Below are positions 43,868-54,998 of a stretch of DNA of 64,000 bases, one piece after another. A program made the position numbers and the translations under genes. Every line of letters begins with the position of its first letter. Positions within the stretch are counted from its first letter, which is position 1. Below the pieces are notes generated by a model, which saw only the letters and a program-made list of their open reading frames with translations, made no database searches and was not told the origin of the DNA. This DNA comes from a virus (taxonomy: Duplodnaviria > Caudoviricetes), in IMG/VR virus record IMGVR_UViG_3300033121_001553, positions 122,820 through 186,819 of that record. One strand, 5' to 3'.

Positions 43868-46800
43868 ATGGCTGTATACAGACGAACAATATCGCAGCTT
43901 TCAAACGCAGCAAAGAAAAATATTGTTGCGAATAATCGTACGCTTGTCGAATCAAGCGAAACGCTTTCAGATACAAGTATTGATGATAAAGACTCATTTT
44001 TGTACAGAGCGTCTGGTCCTCTTACATCTACGCAGCAGCTAAAAGTAGACTGGTCAGACTTCTCAAATCACGTATTCTTTAGTTCGGCTGAGGTTGCAAC
44101 AAACGTAGCTTTTAACAAAATAATCAACCAATTTCCATTTGACGGAACAAGAGCAGAATACGATCGTTACATCGAATCGCTGACAGGTTACGAGAAATAC
44201 GTACTTGATCAGTTTCCAAAAAATACTGGATACATAAATTTTGATGGAAGCTCTTACATAGTCATAAAAGATAGCCCAGGATATCTACTACCAGAAGTAT
44301 CGAAAAAAAATGATGCGTATTCTGTTATTGATCCGCTAACGGGTTCATTTACGCTTGAATTCTACATTCGTCCAACATCAGCAGCAAACGATGTTCAGTG
44401 CGTATTCCAGAAGTTTGGAAATGGTTCGAATATATCTGTGATGCTATCGCAGAGCGCAGGCTCGACAGTAACGCTTGCAGCTGCTGTTGCCGCATCGTCA
44501 AAGTCTACAATTCTTACGCATACGCTTACGAAGGGTGAATTCACGCATATCGCGCTTGTTCACGATAAAGATGAAAGCAAGCTGCGTCTATACGCTGACG
44601 GTGAAATTTCAACTGAGAGCGTCATATCGTTCGATAATATCAATACGCTCTCAGCAGATGTAACGATAGGTACAGGATCTGCTGTAACTGCGCTTGTTGG
44701 TACAGGCAATCCATCTCCATTCACAATTACGCCCGTCGAAACGCTCTCAGGTTCAATCGACGAACTTCGTTTTTACAGGACAGCACGTTCAACGCATCAG
44801 ATAAAGTCATTTATGAATCGTGGCGTCTTCTCTGAGACCGAACTTGTGCTTTACTATAAATTCAATGAGCCGTTCGGTCAAATAATGTCTAGCAGCGGTG
44901 ATGCTTACAATGCAGTTGTGCTAGACAGTTCTGGCTATTCTCATCATGCGTTGATAACAAACTACACATCGTCGTTGAGACTAACGTCTTCTTCACCACC
45001 GCTGCGTCAAGAAAAATCGTTTTTCAATCCAGTACTCTTTCCAAATTACAGCGGTGTTACGACGCTAAATTCAACATTGCTTACATCTGGCAGCGAATAC
45101 GATAGACAAAACCCAAATCTTATCACACGACTCATACCACCGCACTATCTCATCGAAGGTCAAGCATTCGATGGTTTGCAGACAATAGATGGTACGATCG
45201 TAGACACGTATATCGGCAATAACGTTCCTGGGACTGGTAAGTTGGGTTCAACTCAACTCTTGCTCGGTTTGCTGTACTCGTACGCTAAATATTTTGATGA
45301 ATTGAAGCTTTATGTTGATTCATTTGCAAATCTATCGTTTATCGACTATGACGAATACGATACAGCACCTGATATTTTCATTCGAAAATACTTCGAAAGC
45401 AAAGGGTTCAGTGTACCAAACATATTTGAGAATGTATCAATAGAGCAGTACGTTGATGGGTACAACGTAAATGACGACGGATCAAACTCAGACTACAGTA
45501 TAAGAGAAATAGAAGCAAGCGTACTTAGAAGGATTGCCACTGCGCTTCCTGAAATTATTTCTTCTCGCGGCACACTGCACAGCGTAAAAGCATTTTTGCG
45601 TAGCGTTGGTATAGATCCAGATTCGTCGTTGAAAATACGTGAACACGGAGGTGCAGCTGGTGGTAGCATCCGTAGCGCTAGAGACACGAATACAACGCTC
45701 GCGTATTACGTGAATGTTACTGGCTCGAATGCGCTACTAAAATCTCAGTATCTGAGTGGAACTAGACGCGAAGTTGGATGGCCGCAAATAGCAGGCACTT
45801 TTGCGAATACAGCGTCTTATCCACCGCATGGTGCATCAAATCAGCTAAGCGACGGTCTGCAAACTTCTGGTTCATGGACATGCGAGCTATCGTTCTGGTA
45901 CCCATTCACGAATCAGAGCAGTATATCGACTGCATATGAATCTATTGCACGTTTGTGCACAACTGGCAGTAACTCGTCTAACGGTGGGGTGTGGTGCAAT
46001 GTTTTGGCTGGTTCTGGCAGCTACGATGTCAAAATGTACATTGCAGGAGACGCATCTTACGAAGCTGGTACCGTAAGAACGCATATGCTTTATCTAACTG
46101 GATGCAATGTATTTGATGGAGATCGATGGTATCTATCGTTTGGTAGAGTACGCGGAGATCAAGACGGCGCATCAACGCTTACTTCTTCTTATTTTTTGCG
46201 TGTTGCAAAAACAAACGATGGTAAGGTATTTGCAGCTCATGCAACGAGTTCGCTATACGCAGAAACTCTCAGCTACGCATCTGCATCATTCAACCCACAA
46301 CAAAGCATATCTTCAAGTTTTAATGCGTCAGGAAGTTATTTTGTTGTAGGCGCTGGACAGCAAATGCAAACCGGTGCAACAGCAGACTACACGTTTCTCA
46401 ACAATACGTCTTCACCGAGCACAAGCAGAATTATCGCTTGCAATGCAAGACTCGGAGAACTACGCTTCTGGTCAAAATACTTGTCGCAAGAAGAGTGGTA
46501 CGATCACGTACGTTCTCACGAAAGTTTTGGTGTCGACGATCCACGAAGAAATTACAACTACAACAATGATCTAAGCGGTAGCTTTGGTAAGCTAAGACTA
46601 CATTCGCTTACAAGAAACGAAGTAACGTCGTCTGACTCGCTTGGAGCGATAAGCTTTTATGACTACTCTGAGCACGGAACGGGCGTAACAGGCTCTGGTT
46701 TCGATGTATCATCGAAACTTGTGTACGGCGAACACATCGTAAGATCACGTCTAACGCCAAAGTTTGATCAAAATTCAAACGCAGATAAAGTGCGTATACG

Positions 46801-47323
46801 CAGCATGCTCGATCAACGCAACATCGACTACGAGTCATCAACATGGGTTCATACAGCTCCGCTCAACGAAATACCAAAGTCTGAGACGCCGACAGACAGC
46901 ACGAAAGTTACAATAGAACTGTCAGTCGTCGATGCGCTTGACAGAGACATCATAAATGCAATGTCAGACTATTCGTTGTTCGAAACTGCATTGGGATCTA
47001 TCGGTAACCAGAACTTCGATTCGTATCCAGAGCTAGAACAATTCGCAACCGTTTACTTTAATCGACTGAAGTCAAAAATAGACTTTAAGCAGTACCTTGA
47101 CTACTATACGTGGATAAATTCAAGCATAGGCGAATTTATCAAGCAAATAATGCCCAGAAAAGCGTCGTACAGAGGAATTGACTACGTAATTGAGCCAAAT
47201 GCACTTGAACGTGCAAAAGTTAGATACTCTCCATCTGAGCATCTATTTTCTGATGGTCAACGTTTTAGAACACGCGACTTGTTGCTAGTTCAACAGATCG
47301 TCGGCATAGTAAAGAAGTACTAA
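43868..47323 (+). CDS. large baseplate/tail protein with LamG-like domain
   Basis: FTLEFY..HIALV..GSIDELRFY..LYYKFNE; RGTLHSVKAF; IEPNALER. Confidence 0.75.
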   Translation: MAVYRRTISQLSNAAKKNIVANNRTLVESSETLSDTSIDDKDSFLYRASGPLTSTQQLKVDWSDFSNHVFFSSAEVATNVAFNKIINQFPFDGTRAEYDRYIESLTGYEKYVLDQFPKNTGYINFDGSSYIVIKDSPGYLLPEVSKKNDAYSVIDPLTGSFTLEFYIRPTSAANDVQCVFQKFGNGSNISVMLSQSAGSTVTLAAAVAASSKSTILTHTLTKGEFTHIALVHDKDESKLRLYADGEISTESVISFDNINTLSADVTIGTGSAVTALVGTGNPSPFTITPVETLSGSIDELRFYRTARSTHQIKSFMNRGVFSETELVLYYKFNEPFGQIMSSSGDAYNAVVLDSSGYSHHALITNYTSSLRLTSSSPPLRQEKSFFNPVLFPNYSGVTTLNSTLLTSGSEYDRQNPNLITRLIPPHYLIEGQAFDGLQTIDGTIVDTYIGNNVPGTGKLGSTQLLLGLLYSYAKYFDELKLYVDSFANLSFIDYDEYDTAPDIFIRKYFESKGFSVPNIFENVSIEQYVDGYNVNDDGSNSDYSIREIEASVLRRIATALPEIISSRGTLHSVKAFLRSVGIDPDSSLKIREHGGAAGGSIRSARDTNTTLAYYVNVTGSNALLKSQYLSGTRREVGWPQIAGTFANTASYPPHGASNQLSDGLQTSGSWTCELSFWYPFTNQSSISTAYESIARLCTTGSNSSNGGVWCNVLAGSGSYDVKMYIAGDASYEAGTVRTHMLYLTGCNVFDGDRWYLSFGRVRGDQDGASTLTSSYFLRVAKTNDGKVFAAHATSSLYAETLSYASASFNPQQSISSSFNASGSYFVVGAGQQMQTGATADYTFLNNTSSPSTSRIIACNARLGELRFWSKYLSQEEWYDHVRSHESFGVDDPRRNYNYNNDLSGSFGKLRLHSLTRNEVTSSDSLGAISFYDYSEHGTGVTGSGFDVSSKLVYGEHIVRSRLTPKFDQNSNADKVRIRSMLDQRNIDYESSTWVHTAPLNEIPKSETPTDSTKVTIELSVVDALDRDIINAMSDYSLFETALGSIGNQNFDSYPELEQFATVYFNRLKSKIDFKQYLDYYTWINSSIGEFIKQIMPRKASYRGIDYVIEPNALERAKVRYSPSEHLFSDGQRFRTRDLLLVQQIVGIVKKY

Positions 47324-48867
47324 TGGATTACGGATCAATCAAGCCATTCAATGATACGCTAAAAGAGCATAAGCCCGCTGATACTGCTCCGGAAAGCGGT
47401 AGCATCAATACAGCTGAATACGACAGATTTAGACAGGGCATCGAAGTCGTAACAGAACGACATAAAGCCGCCGTTACGTATCGTGTGTATTCTGGTCGTG
47501 ATGATCACGTACTTGAAACCGTCAACTTTGGGCAAACATCACCGCGGTTGACAGGTAGCGTAACATTCTCAGACGCAGAACGTTGGACAGCGGGTCAATA
47601 CATACTGATCGATCATCTACCGCAGACATCACGCGATTTTCCATTCGCTGTTTATGATAGCGATGTAGATGCACGTAACTGGGACGGAGTAATTGAACCA
47701 CTTGATATAAGAGCTCCTGCAACGCTTGATACATCATTTTTTCCAGTTGATCCTAGGGCCATCAGAGGGCAGGTTATGGGAGGTGGCGGCGTAACAGCCA
47801 ACAGTTCGCAGCTAGTATCACAGTTTTATCAGAAACGTACGACAGCAAGAATAGACAGATACGTCGACGATGGTTACGACTTCGGTAATCGTACGGCGTA
47901 CGCGTACATCGATACGACTGACAGCGCTGAAGAACCGTTCAATGACACTGTCAGTCGTACATGTGATACATTTTTTACATCTTCTCTCGTAAAAAATTAC
48001 GCATCGAACTCAGCAAGCGTAGACAGCTCAGACTACATAAACAAAAAGAGTTTTAGCAGTACATGCGGATTTGTATTCGATAACTCGATACGTGGCATCG
48101 ACAGCATTGGATACGGTGGCATGATCTATAAAGTAGCGTACGAGGCAAGTTCAAGTATCGCTGTTGCTGCATCATTTAGCCCAACAGATATTGCTGGACT
48201 TTACGGTTGGTATGATGCTAGTGTTTTGTCTTCGCTTTATCAAGACAGCGGAAGAACCACGCCTGTTGCTGTTGATGGTGATCCGGTCGGCGCGTGGTCT
48301 GATAGATCTGGTAACAACAGACACCTAACAGCAGCTGGAGGTGTACGTCCAACGTACAAGTCAAGCGGAACGTATATTCAGTTCGATGGTGTAGATGATA
48401 CCGTTTCTGCTCTTATGGCGCTTGGTAACTGCACAATTGTTGCCGTGCTAAAAGTTAACGATGCTGGATATGGTGTTGCGTGGGATCTTGAGGAAAGCGC
48501 AACATCGTTCATGTTCACTGTTAAACCAGACTCGCATACGCTTGGTATCTATAGAGGAGCAACATCTGCTGCTGCAAGTAATGCAAGCGCGTATTCGACG
48601 GGAACGAAAAACTGTTATGCGTGGCGTACGAATACATCATCTCCGTACTATGAAATGTACAGAGATCAAACATCTCAAGTAACTATAACTGCTACGAATC
48701 CAGGATCTGGCACTGTCAACGGAACGATGTATATTGCTAGCTATCAAGGAGCATCAATATATCTTAAAGCAGACTATTACGAAATTGTGATATACAATTC
48801 GCATCTATCTGACTCTGATTTGTTGCTTGTAGAAGCATACTTGCAAAGCAAATGGGGTACACCATGA
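47323..48867 (+). CDS. virion protein with C-terminal ConA/LamG-like domain
   Basis: DGVIEPLDIR..DSIGYGG, then LYGWYDAS..WSDRSGN..FDGVDD..EIVIYN..YLQSKWG. Confidence 0.7.
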   Translation: MDYGSIKPFNDTLKEHKPADTAPESGSINTAEYDRFRQGIEVVTERHKAAVTYRVYSGRDDHVLETVNFGQTSPRLTGSVTFSDAERWTAGQYILIDHLPQTSRDFPFAVYDSDVDARNWDGVIEPLDIRAPATLDTSFFPVDPRAIRGQVMGGGGVTANSSQLVSQFYQKRTTARIDRYVDDGYDFGNRTAYAYIDTTDSAEEPFNDTVSRTCDTFFTSSLVKNYASNSASVDSSDYINKKSFSSTCGFVFDNSIRGIDSIGYGGMIYKVAYEASSSIAVAASFSPTDIAGLYGWYDASVLSSLYQDSGRTTPVAVDGDPVGAWSDRSGNNRHLTAAGGVRPTYKSSGTYIQFDGVDDTVSALMALGNCTIVAVLKVNDAGYGVAWDLEESATSFMFTVKPDSHTLGIYRGATSAAASNASAYSTGTKNCYAWRTNTSSPYYEMYRDQTSQVTITATNPGSGTVNGTMYIASYQGASIYLKADYYEIVIYNSHLSDSDLLLVEAYLQSKWGTP

Positions 48868-48880
48868 TAATTTACGTAAG

Positions 48881-51800
48881 ATGACTGTACTCGAAAATTA
48901 CGCTCTTCACAAAATACTGAACGAGAATTCAGAACCGTCTCAGCTGTCACCGAGCCAGCTGTACGATTTTAATCAAAACGGGTACAGAATTGTAATACCG
49001 CACAGACATCCATCGATCGCGTCAGGCTCTGCTGATGTTAATACGACTGGATCGTACGGTTACTATGGGCTATCTCAAACAGCTCCGTACACGTCTGCAT
49101 CGTTTCCGTATGGATTTCATACAGGTTCAGCAATACCGTTGGGCTTCGGCTTTCCATTTGATACATACACGTATCATCGTTGCTACGTCAATTCGTATGG
49201 TTTTATCGTTCTTACGAATGACTCTGGTACTGCTGCTGTTGGTATGCCGTCGATAACAATATCAACTAACACATTTAACAATAACGTTGGCACTGAACCT
49301 CTGGTTGCACCGTGGTGGGATACGCTTGAACTAGCACCATCGAATGATGGCGGCGGCGTATTCGTCAAATACGCTCTTGATCAAGAGCGCAATGAGAAGA
49401 TTTTTATAGTTCGTTGGGTCGTTTGGCCATCATCTGGCTACGATCGTGCAGTTATAACATTCGAATGCTGGCTACGTGAACGTGGTCTAATAGAGTACAG
49501 ATATTGTAAAAAATCATCGACAATTAAAGGTATACCTGACTCTGTTGCTGGCGCGTCTTGCGGTGTAATAGGAATTGGTAATACTTCTCCGTATACACGC
49601 AAACGTGATTTTTTTGCCGAAGTGTACGGAGCGACAGTCGAATACAAGCACGGCGGTTCGATTTATTCAAACAATAATACTCTCAAATACAACTCTGACT
49701 GGCCTGGCAATGAAACGACGGGAGTTAGATTCGAATTCTATCCAATACCAGCTAGTAGAGAAAAACTACCAAGAGTAGAGCTACGAAAACAAGACGCATA
49801 TCAGACGTACCCAATAGAACTTTCAACCGGTAATCATCAGCTGCGCGGGCTTGAAAGCAGACTTTACGATGATCGTAAGTCGATAACGTATGAGTCGCTT
49901 GTAACGTCACCAGCTGGACGTCGACGCGTTGTAACGTATCCGACAACGATACCGCGCATGTATAGCGATTTCAACGGAAAACGTAAGGATATTTACTACG
50001 TTCATACTGATATCGAAGTCTCTGGATCGACGATAAAGTCAGCCGCCGAAGAGTGGATCGCTAAACGTGAACAGAAGCGGTACAATAATCCATTTGTCGA
50101 AATTGGGCTTCATGAGCAAGATATCAAGTCAACAGAATTTTACGCTTCTGGTACAACACCGACAGAGCTTGGAACGGCTGGCTTCGATTCAAGTATAGCA
50201 TCAAAAACTCAGCTACGACTTGAGTTTTACAACTCTCAGAAGTACACGTTTGCAACTCAATCATCTGAATTTGTGTACTTTAGCCCATCGACAAATAAAT
50301 TTGAACGCAGAGGATTTGCAGATGGAGAAGGCTGGGCAAACTTTCAGGGATTCGTGTTCTCAAGTCCATATGGGTATCCGATACTGTCAGGTTCTGAACC
50401 ATTCGATAGTTATAAGATTGGCGATCTTGTTACTCCTGGTGGAAGCGATGATACAGCGACTGTTGCGAATTTGCTTGATATCGTACCAGATATAAGAAGA
50501 TCAACTGCATTTCTAACAGCGAGTGCTGCAGCGACATCATCACAATATTTTACCGTTGGACAGATAAATCATCCATTTCTGCTTGAAAAGCTAATAGTTG
50601 AATTTCCGTTTGAAGCTGGCGCTGGATGGTTTAACGACTGGACTGTACGACGCGATGATCAAGTCGGTGGTCCTGCGATCACATTTGCATTGCTCAATCA
50701 AATACGAGATGACTACAGAGATATTATCGTAACTGGTTCATTTATACCGCGTAACGATGATACTGAGACATTCGAGATCGGCAGCTTTGGCGTAGGCGTC
50801 AATGACATCAGAAACAGCGGATTCTCTTCTGTTGCCACTGCCGCTGCAACGATAACACCGTCGAATTCAACGTTCACCGGTTCCGTCAGGTTGAATCTTG
50901 AAGCGACAGTTACAACAGGTTTTTTGCTTGGAACAGAAAATACGTCAACAGACTTGAATAATGCGCTTGTTCTAACATCTATACCGAATGGCAGAACAAC
51001 AGCCGGGCTACAACGTAAGAATGGAAGATCTTATGGGCGTAATTTGATCGGTCCAAGCGCGACGTCAAGCTTCAACATACTCTCAGAGCTTGGAGCGTCA
51101 GAAGCGCTAAAAGCAGCTGCAAGCACTGCATTCTGCACATACAACTACACAAAAACGCAGAAGTCACCATACATCGTATACCCGAATGACAAACTCATAC
51201 TTGCATTTTCGAAATGTAGACCATGCATCGGAGCTGGTGCAGCATTTACTTCTTCTCATGATGCTGGAATCGGTAAAGGGCCAATACGCGTTACGTTGTA
51301 CGGTTCGTTGATCAGAAACGAAGCAGAATTTCATAGCCAGCTGCAACAGTCAACAGTTACAGATGCTGTACACACTGTGATAGGCGACGATCACGTACTG
51401 GATCAGTTCGATGTCGAAGCGACTGAGCATCTTTCTGGCTCGATATACGATCAGTGCGTAACAGGCAGCATGACGCTGCGAACAAGAAACGATCTTATCG
51501 ATAGAAGATACATCGGTAGCATCGTATTTTCACGCGAAGGTTCGCAGCTGTCTGGTTCGTTCGCAACGATACTAACGCCTCGTTACGAACGCTGCGGTAT
51601 ACCACGATTCAGCGTAGCATCAAGCGACTACGAACGTTACTGGGACTCTTGTGTTCCTGGGCTCGCTGACGTTATCAAGCGTTCATCGCCGTATAGCCGC
51701 GGTTTGCCAAGCTGGCCCTATGGTGAAAGATTCATATTCGGTTACCGCGGTACGCTTGTTAATACAGGCTCAGTCAAGTACCCTGGAACAGTATTCGGTT

Positions 51801-52822
51801 ATCACACACGTGGTTGGGAAGAAGGATTTCCTTTTGCTGGACTGTATGCAGACACGCAACGTTTTACGTCTCCACAGTCAGCACTGAATGTAGCTCAGCT
51901 ATTCACATCGTCTTTTGACAATGTCGCTGGTGTAGATGGAAGCGACTCTGTTGATCACAAGATTGGTTGGCACGATTACGTGCAGTACCAGAAAGGCGCG
52001 AACTACTCTAATCCGCATAGCATCGCAAATGAAGCACGTAGTGCTGTATGGCTAATCGACGTACCATTCTCGACTGGCACGATGGGCGCAATTACAAACA
52101 GTAACTCCGGTAGATATGATGATAAGATTAAACATATCTACGGCTTTGGCGATGGAATAGGAAACCTTGACTATCTGTCAGGATCTTTCTACGACTCTGC
52201 ACTATCGAATAGAGCACATCTACGTGCATCTAGAAAATACAGAACAGGTTTCAGAAAGATCCTAATGCATGACTATCAAGGATTTTCTAGATTTAGCTCT
52301 TACATAAACAGCGACTACTGGTTTACCGACTTGACAAACTGTCTTTACGGCGTTGGCTCTATTGTACGTGGATGGAAATATGGTCTTGTAAGCGGTCTAC
52401 CGTATTACACACGTGCTGTATTTAGACGAGATCACTACGGTCATCCAAGAGACATGCTCGAGCAACGTCATGATACAAAATTCGTATACATGAAAAACGA
52501 CAACTCGCCAGGCGCACCAAAAGTTCAGTATCTAAGCGATAGCCCAGTGAAGATACGTTTTGTAAATCCAGAAACTGGTGCAAGCGTTGACCCGGTACTT
52601 ACAGACTCATGCAATCTGAGCAATGAAGCAACAAGCTCACTACCATTTTTTGATGATACACTACGCAACAGGCCAGTCGTATCGAGCGGAAACTCTCAGC
52701 TTACCGTTGTTACGCCAAAATTTGATCAGCAACCGTTCACATCAGCAGTTACAGTGCCAGGAATATCGCAAGGCGCCGCAGCTATCGTGAAGAAAACAGT
52801 TACGAAGCAAGTGAAACTATGA
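48881..52822 (+). CDS. large virion structural protein
   Basis: 1313 aa; NIDO-like segment (LGFGFPF..VAPWWDTL); FRRDHYGHPRDMLEQR. Confidence 0.68.
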   Translation: MTVLENYALHKILNENSEPSQLSPSQLYDFNQNGYRIVIPHRHPSIASGSADVNTTGSYGYYGLSQTAPYTSASFPYGFHTGSAIPLGFGFPFDTYTYHRCYVNSYGFIVLTNDSGTAAVGMPSITISTNTFNNNVGTEPLVAPWWDTLELAPSNDGGGVFVKYALDQERNEKIFIVRWVVWPSSGYDRAVITFECWLRERGLIEYRYCKKSSTIKGIPDSVAGASCGVIGIGNTSPYTRKRDFFAEVYGATVEYKHGGSIYSNNNTLKYNSDWPGNETTGVRFEFYPIPASREKLPRVELRKQDAYQTYPIELSTGNHQLRGLESRLYDDRKSITYESLVTSPAGRRRVVTYPTTIPRMYSDFNGKRKDIYYVHTDIEVSGSTIKSAAEEWIAKREQKRYNNPFVEIGLHEQDIKSTEFYASGTTPTELGTAGFDSSIASKTQLRLEFYNSQKYTFATQSSEFVYFSPSTNKFERRGFADGEGWANFQGFVFSSPYGYPILSGSEPFDSYKIGDLVTPGGSDDTATVANLLDIVPDIRRSTAFLTASAAATSSQYFTVGQINHPFLLEKLIVEFPFEAGAGWFNDWTVRRDDQVGGPAITFALLNQIRDDYRDIIVTGSFIPRNDDTETFEIGSFGVGVNDIRNSGFSSVATAAATITPSNSTFTGSVRLNLEATVTTGFLLGTENTSTDLNNALVLTSIPNGRTTAGLQRKNGRSYGRNLIGPSATSSFNILSELGASEALKAAASTAFCTYNYTKTQKSPYIVYPNDKLILAFSKCRPCIGAGAAFTSSHDAGIGKGPIRVTLYGSLIRNEAEFHSQLQQSTVTDAVHTVIGDDHVLDQFDVEATEHLSGSIYDQCVTGSMTLRTRNDLIDRRYIGSIVFSREGSQLSGSFATILTPRYERCGIPRFSVASSDYERYWDSCVPGLADVIKRSSPYSRGLPSWPYGERFIFGYRGTLVNTGSVKYPGTVFGYHTRGWEEGFPFAGLYADTQRFTSPQSALNVAQLFTSSFDNVAGVDGSDSVDHKIGWHDYVQYQKGANYSNPHSIANEARSAVWLIDVPFSTGTMGAITNSNSGRYDDKIKHIYGFGDGIGNLDYLSGSFYDSALSNRAHLRASRKYRTGFRKILMHDYQGFSRFSSYINSDYWFTDLTNCLYGVGSIVRGWKYGLVSGLPYYTRAVFRRDHYGHPRDMLEQRHDTKFVYMKNDNSPGAPKVQYLSDSPVKIRFVNPETGASVDPVLTDSCNLSNEATSSLPFFDDTLRNRPVVSSGNSQLTVVTPKFDQQPFTSAVTVPGISQGAAAIVKKTVTKQVKL

Positions 52823-53271
52823 TTACGAAAAGTTCAACGACTGGTTCACCATTCGCTTACGTTCTTGATCAGAACGGTAACATCGTAATCATAGCAGCGA
52901 TGTCAAATTTTCAAGTTGGCATTGATGGACGACCACAAGAATTTTACACAAATGGACGTGTTGTATCGAATTCGAGGCGTATTGGATCGTCGAGCGAAAC
53001 TCAATACGAAATTTACGAATACGACTATGTTGTTGCATTCGTCTCTGGAAGCCAACTTGGAGTTACAGCTTCGCTACCAAGAAATGCAAAAACGGGTCAA
53101 TGGCTCATTATTTACGATGCAGATGGCGTCGCAAACAACAGAGGGATCAACATAGTTGATCCCCAAGGTACCCGAATCTCGGGTGGGACTGAGGCTACGA
53201 TTAGCTCAAGTTACGGTTCAATGACGTTGTACAGAGATATCAACTCTTGGATCGTCATAAACGGCCGATAA
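52819..53271 (+). CDS. small tail-associated protein
   Basis: LP..G..LIIYD..I.G..YGSMTL..W pattern seen in fibre-associated modules. Confidence 0.6.
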   Translation: MITKSSTTGSPFAYVLDQNGNIVIIAAMSNFQVGIDGRPQEFYTNGRVVSNSRRIGSSSETQYEIYEYDYVVAFVSGSQLGVTASLPRNAKTGQWLIIYDADGVANNRGINIVDPQGTRISGGTEATISSSYGSMTLYRDINSWIVINGR

Positions 53272-53608
53272 TACGTTCGCTTGTTATGTTACAGTACTGT
53301 TTGATATCTTGATCAAACAACTGTGGACATATATAACCAACGCGTTTCGTATCATCACTTGCACGTTGCATCTCTACTTTTCGTAGCTCAAAGAATGATC
53401 CGCTTTTGTAGATCCACACTGACTCTAGCCACTCAAGCCGTATCTGCTCACCTGGATAGAGCGCGTATGAATCATCATACAAAACGATATAGTCATCATA
53501 GATCGTTTTGTTTGCCATCTCTACGGTGGCAGTATCGCTTGTTTTCCAAAAACCGAAGTTAATGCCCTCTTCGTACCCAACAGAATGCGAAATTGTCCAG
53601 ATCTTCAT
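53258..53608 (-). CDS. hypothetical protein
   Basis: Start ATG 53608 in a TTATG overlap; ends TTA-TGA. Confidence 0.65.
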
Positions 53609-53829
53609 AAGATTACTTTCGGGTAAACAACACCGCAAATGGCACACTTTATTTTTGACTCTTCGCCGTCAATTTTTCTGATCACAAGATTTGAAACCGA
53701 CATCAGTTTACACCGACAGCCGTAAAGCAAAGCATATGATGCGATATCATAGATTTTGTTTAGTTTGTCTTGATTGTCTCCGCATGATGCGATGACGTTC
53801 AACAATGGAGTAATTTTTTCTTCGTTCAA
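53608..53829 (-). CDS. small Cys-containing hypothetical protein
   Basis: CRC and CAIC; ends TTA-TGA. Confidence 0.6.
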
Positions 53830-54164
53830 TTCAAATCTTTCTTGCTTTTTTGCGCAACAACTACCTGTGAGAGCGGTGTTACGACGCCCATCTTTGATAG
53901 TATCGTACCCATCTTCACTATCTTACGAACGTCAGCTGCTGACTTCATCTCTGTCAAATTCGCAGTGCCTTTCGCTATAACAAGTTCGGCAGCATGTCTG
54001 TCACAAACATTGTATTTTTCACCTGGCGGTACTTCGTATACATGTGTACAAAATTCGTTGCATGTATCGCTACCACTGCATTTTGGCGCGTAGTCAACGA
54101 TGATATTCATCATCGTTTTCACGACTGACTCTAGTATTTTTCCGTAATTGATCTTTTTTTGCAT
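53826..54164 (-). CDS. hypothetical protein
   Basis: 112-aa ORF with Cys/His cluster. Confidence 0.62.
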   Translation of the reverse strand: MQKKINYGKILESVVKTMMNIIVDYAPKCSGSDTCNEFCTHVYEVPPGEKYNVCDRHAAELVIAKGTANLTEMKSAADVRKIVKMGTILSKMGVVTPLSQVVVAQKSKKDLN

Positions 54165-54348
54165 TTGAATACAAATCCGACGCCCATCCGCCTCCTTTTA
54201 GTATAAACGGTGACGGGCCAGATATCAATCTTTTTGCTGTTTCATTTTTGCAGGATGGACAAATCTTTACAGCATCAGATCCGAATTTTTGTTCCATCAT
54301 GTACTGCGCACCGCAGCTATCGCATGAGTACTCGTAGTTAACATTCAT
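54145..54348 (-). CDS. FmdB-family zinc-ribbon protein
   Basis: YEYSCDSCG..CPSC..RLIS..FILKGGGW; TTA 54145-54147 (standard end 54094). Confidence 0.85.
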
Positions 54349-54677
54349 ATTATTTCTCCAAGCGCAAGCAACGCGTTTATGACTCTTTTACGTTCTTTTT
54401 TTATGTCACCGCCAGCTGACGTGATCCTGAATTCATAAGCTGTGTCATTCAGTGTTTCTTGTTCGTATCGCAGCAACTGAACTTTTGTTGGTTGACACGT
54501 TGATTTTCTGTACTCACGTATCATTACGCTTCCAACGTAGATACGTGGTGTGTATTCAACGGTGTAGAAGATCGGATTTTCTTCAACGATCATTCTCATA
54601 TCTGCGGGTTTGGTGCACATGCTATCATCGTCTTCGCAGTTGCCCATGATGCTTGATACAAAACCCCAGCCAATCAT
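54345..54677 (-). CDS. hypothetical protein
   Basis: ATGA-coupled ORF. Confidence 0.62.
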   Translation of the reverse strand: MIGWGFVSSIMGNCEDDDSMCTKPADMRMIVEENPIFYTVEYTPRIYVGSVMIREYRKSTCQPTKVQLLRYEQETLNDTAYEFRITSAGGDIKKERKRVINALLALGEII

Positions 54678-54865
54678 TGTATCGTGCTCACAATCTCGAA
54701 CTCACGTTCGTTTATGACCTCTACGCCGTTGACGCCAACGCATAGAGTTGAAATATTGTACGGATGTATAACAACGTAGTACATATCGTTGTAGTAGACG
54801 ATAGTGCCGCAATGATTATTTCTGACGTATTTCGTGCACATTTTATTTTTTTGTTTGAAAGTCAT
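54674..54865 (-). CDS. hypothetical protein
   Basis: Short coupled ORF. Confidence 0.5.
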   Translation of the reverse strand: MTFKQKNKMCTKYVRNNHCGTIVYYNDMYYVVIHPYNISTLCVGVNGVEVINEREFEIVSTIQ

Positions 54866-54998
54866 TTTTGACAAAGAAGGACAAAATAAATGTGAATGTG
54901 AACAGAACTGCCGCCATTCCGTAACGTTGCGTTACAGCTTCGTGTATGCCAACAATAAGCGTAAAGATAAAAGAGCCAAGTGTTACGTATTTTATCAT
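54843..54998 (-). CDS. small membrane protein (51 aa)
   Basis: Below track cutoff; MIKYVTLGSFIFTLIVG..AAVLFTFTFILSFFV; ATGA-coupled. Confidence 0.55.
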   Translation of the reverse strand: MIKYVTLGSFIFTLIVGIHEAVTQRYGMAAVLFTFTFILSFFVKNDFQTKK

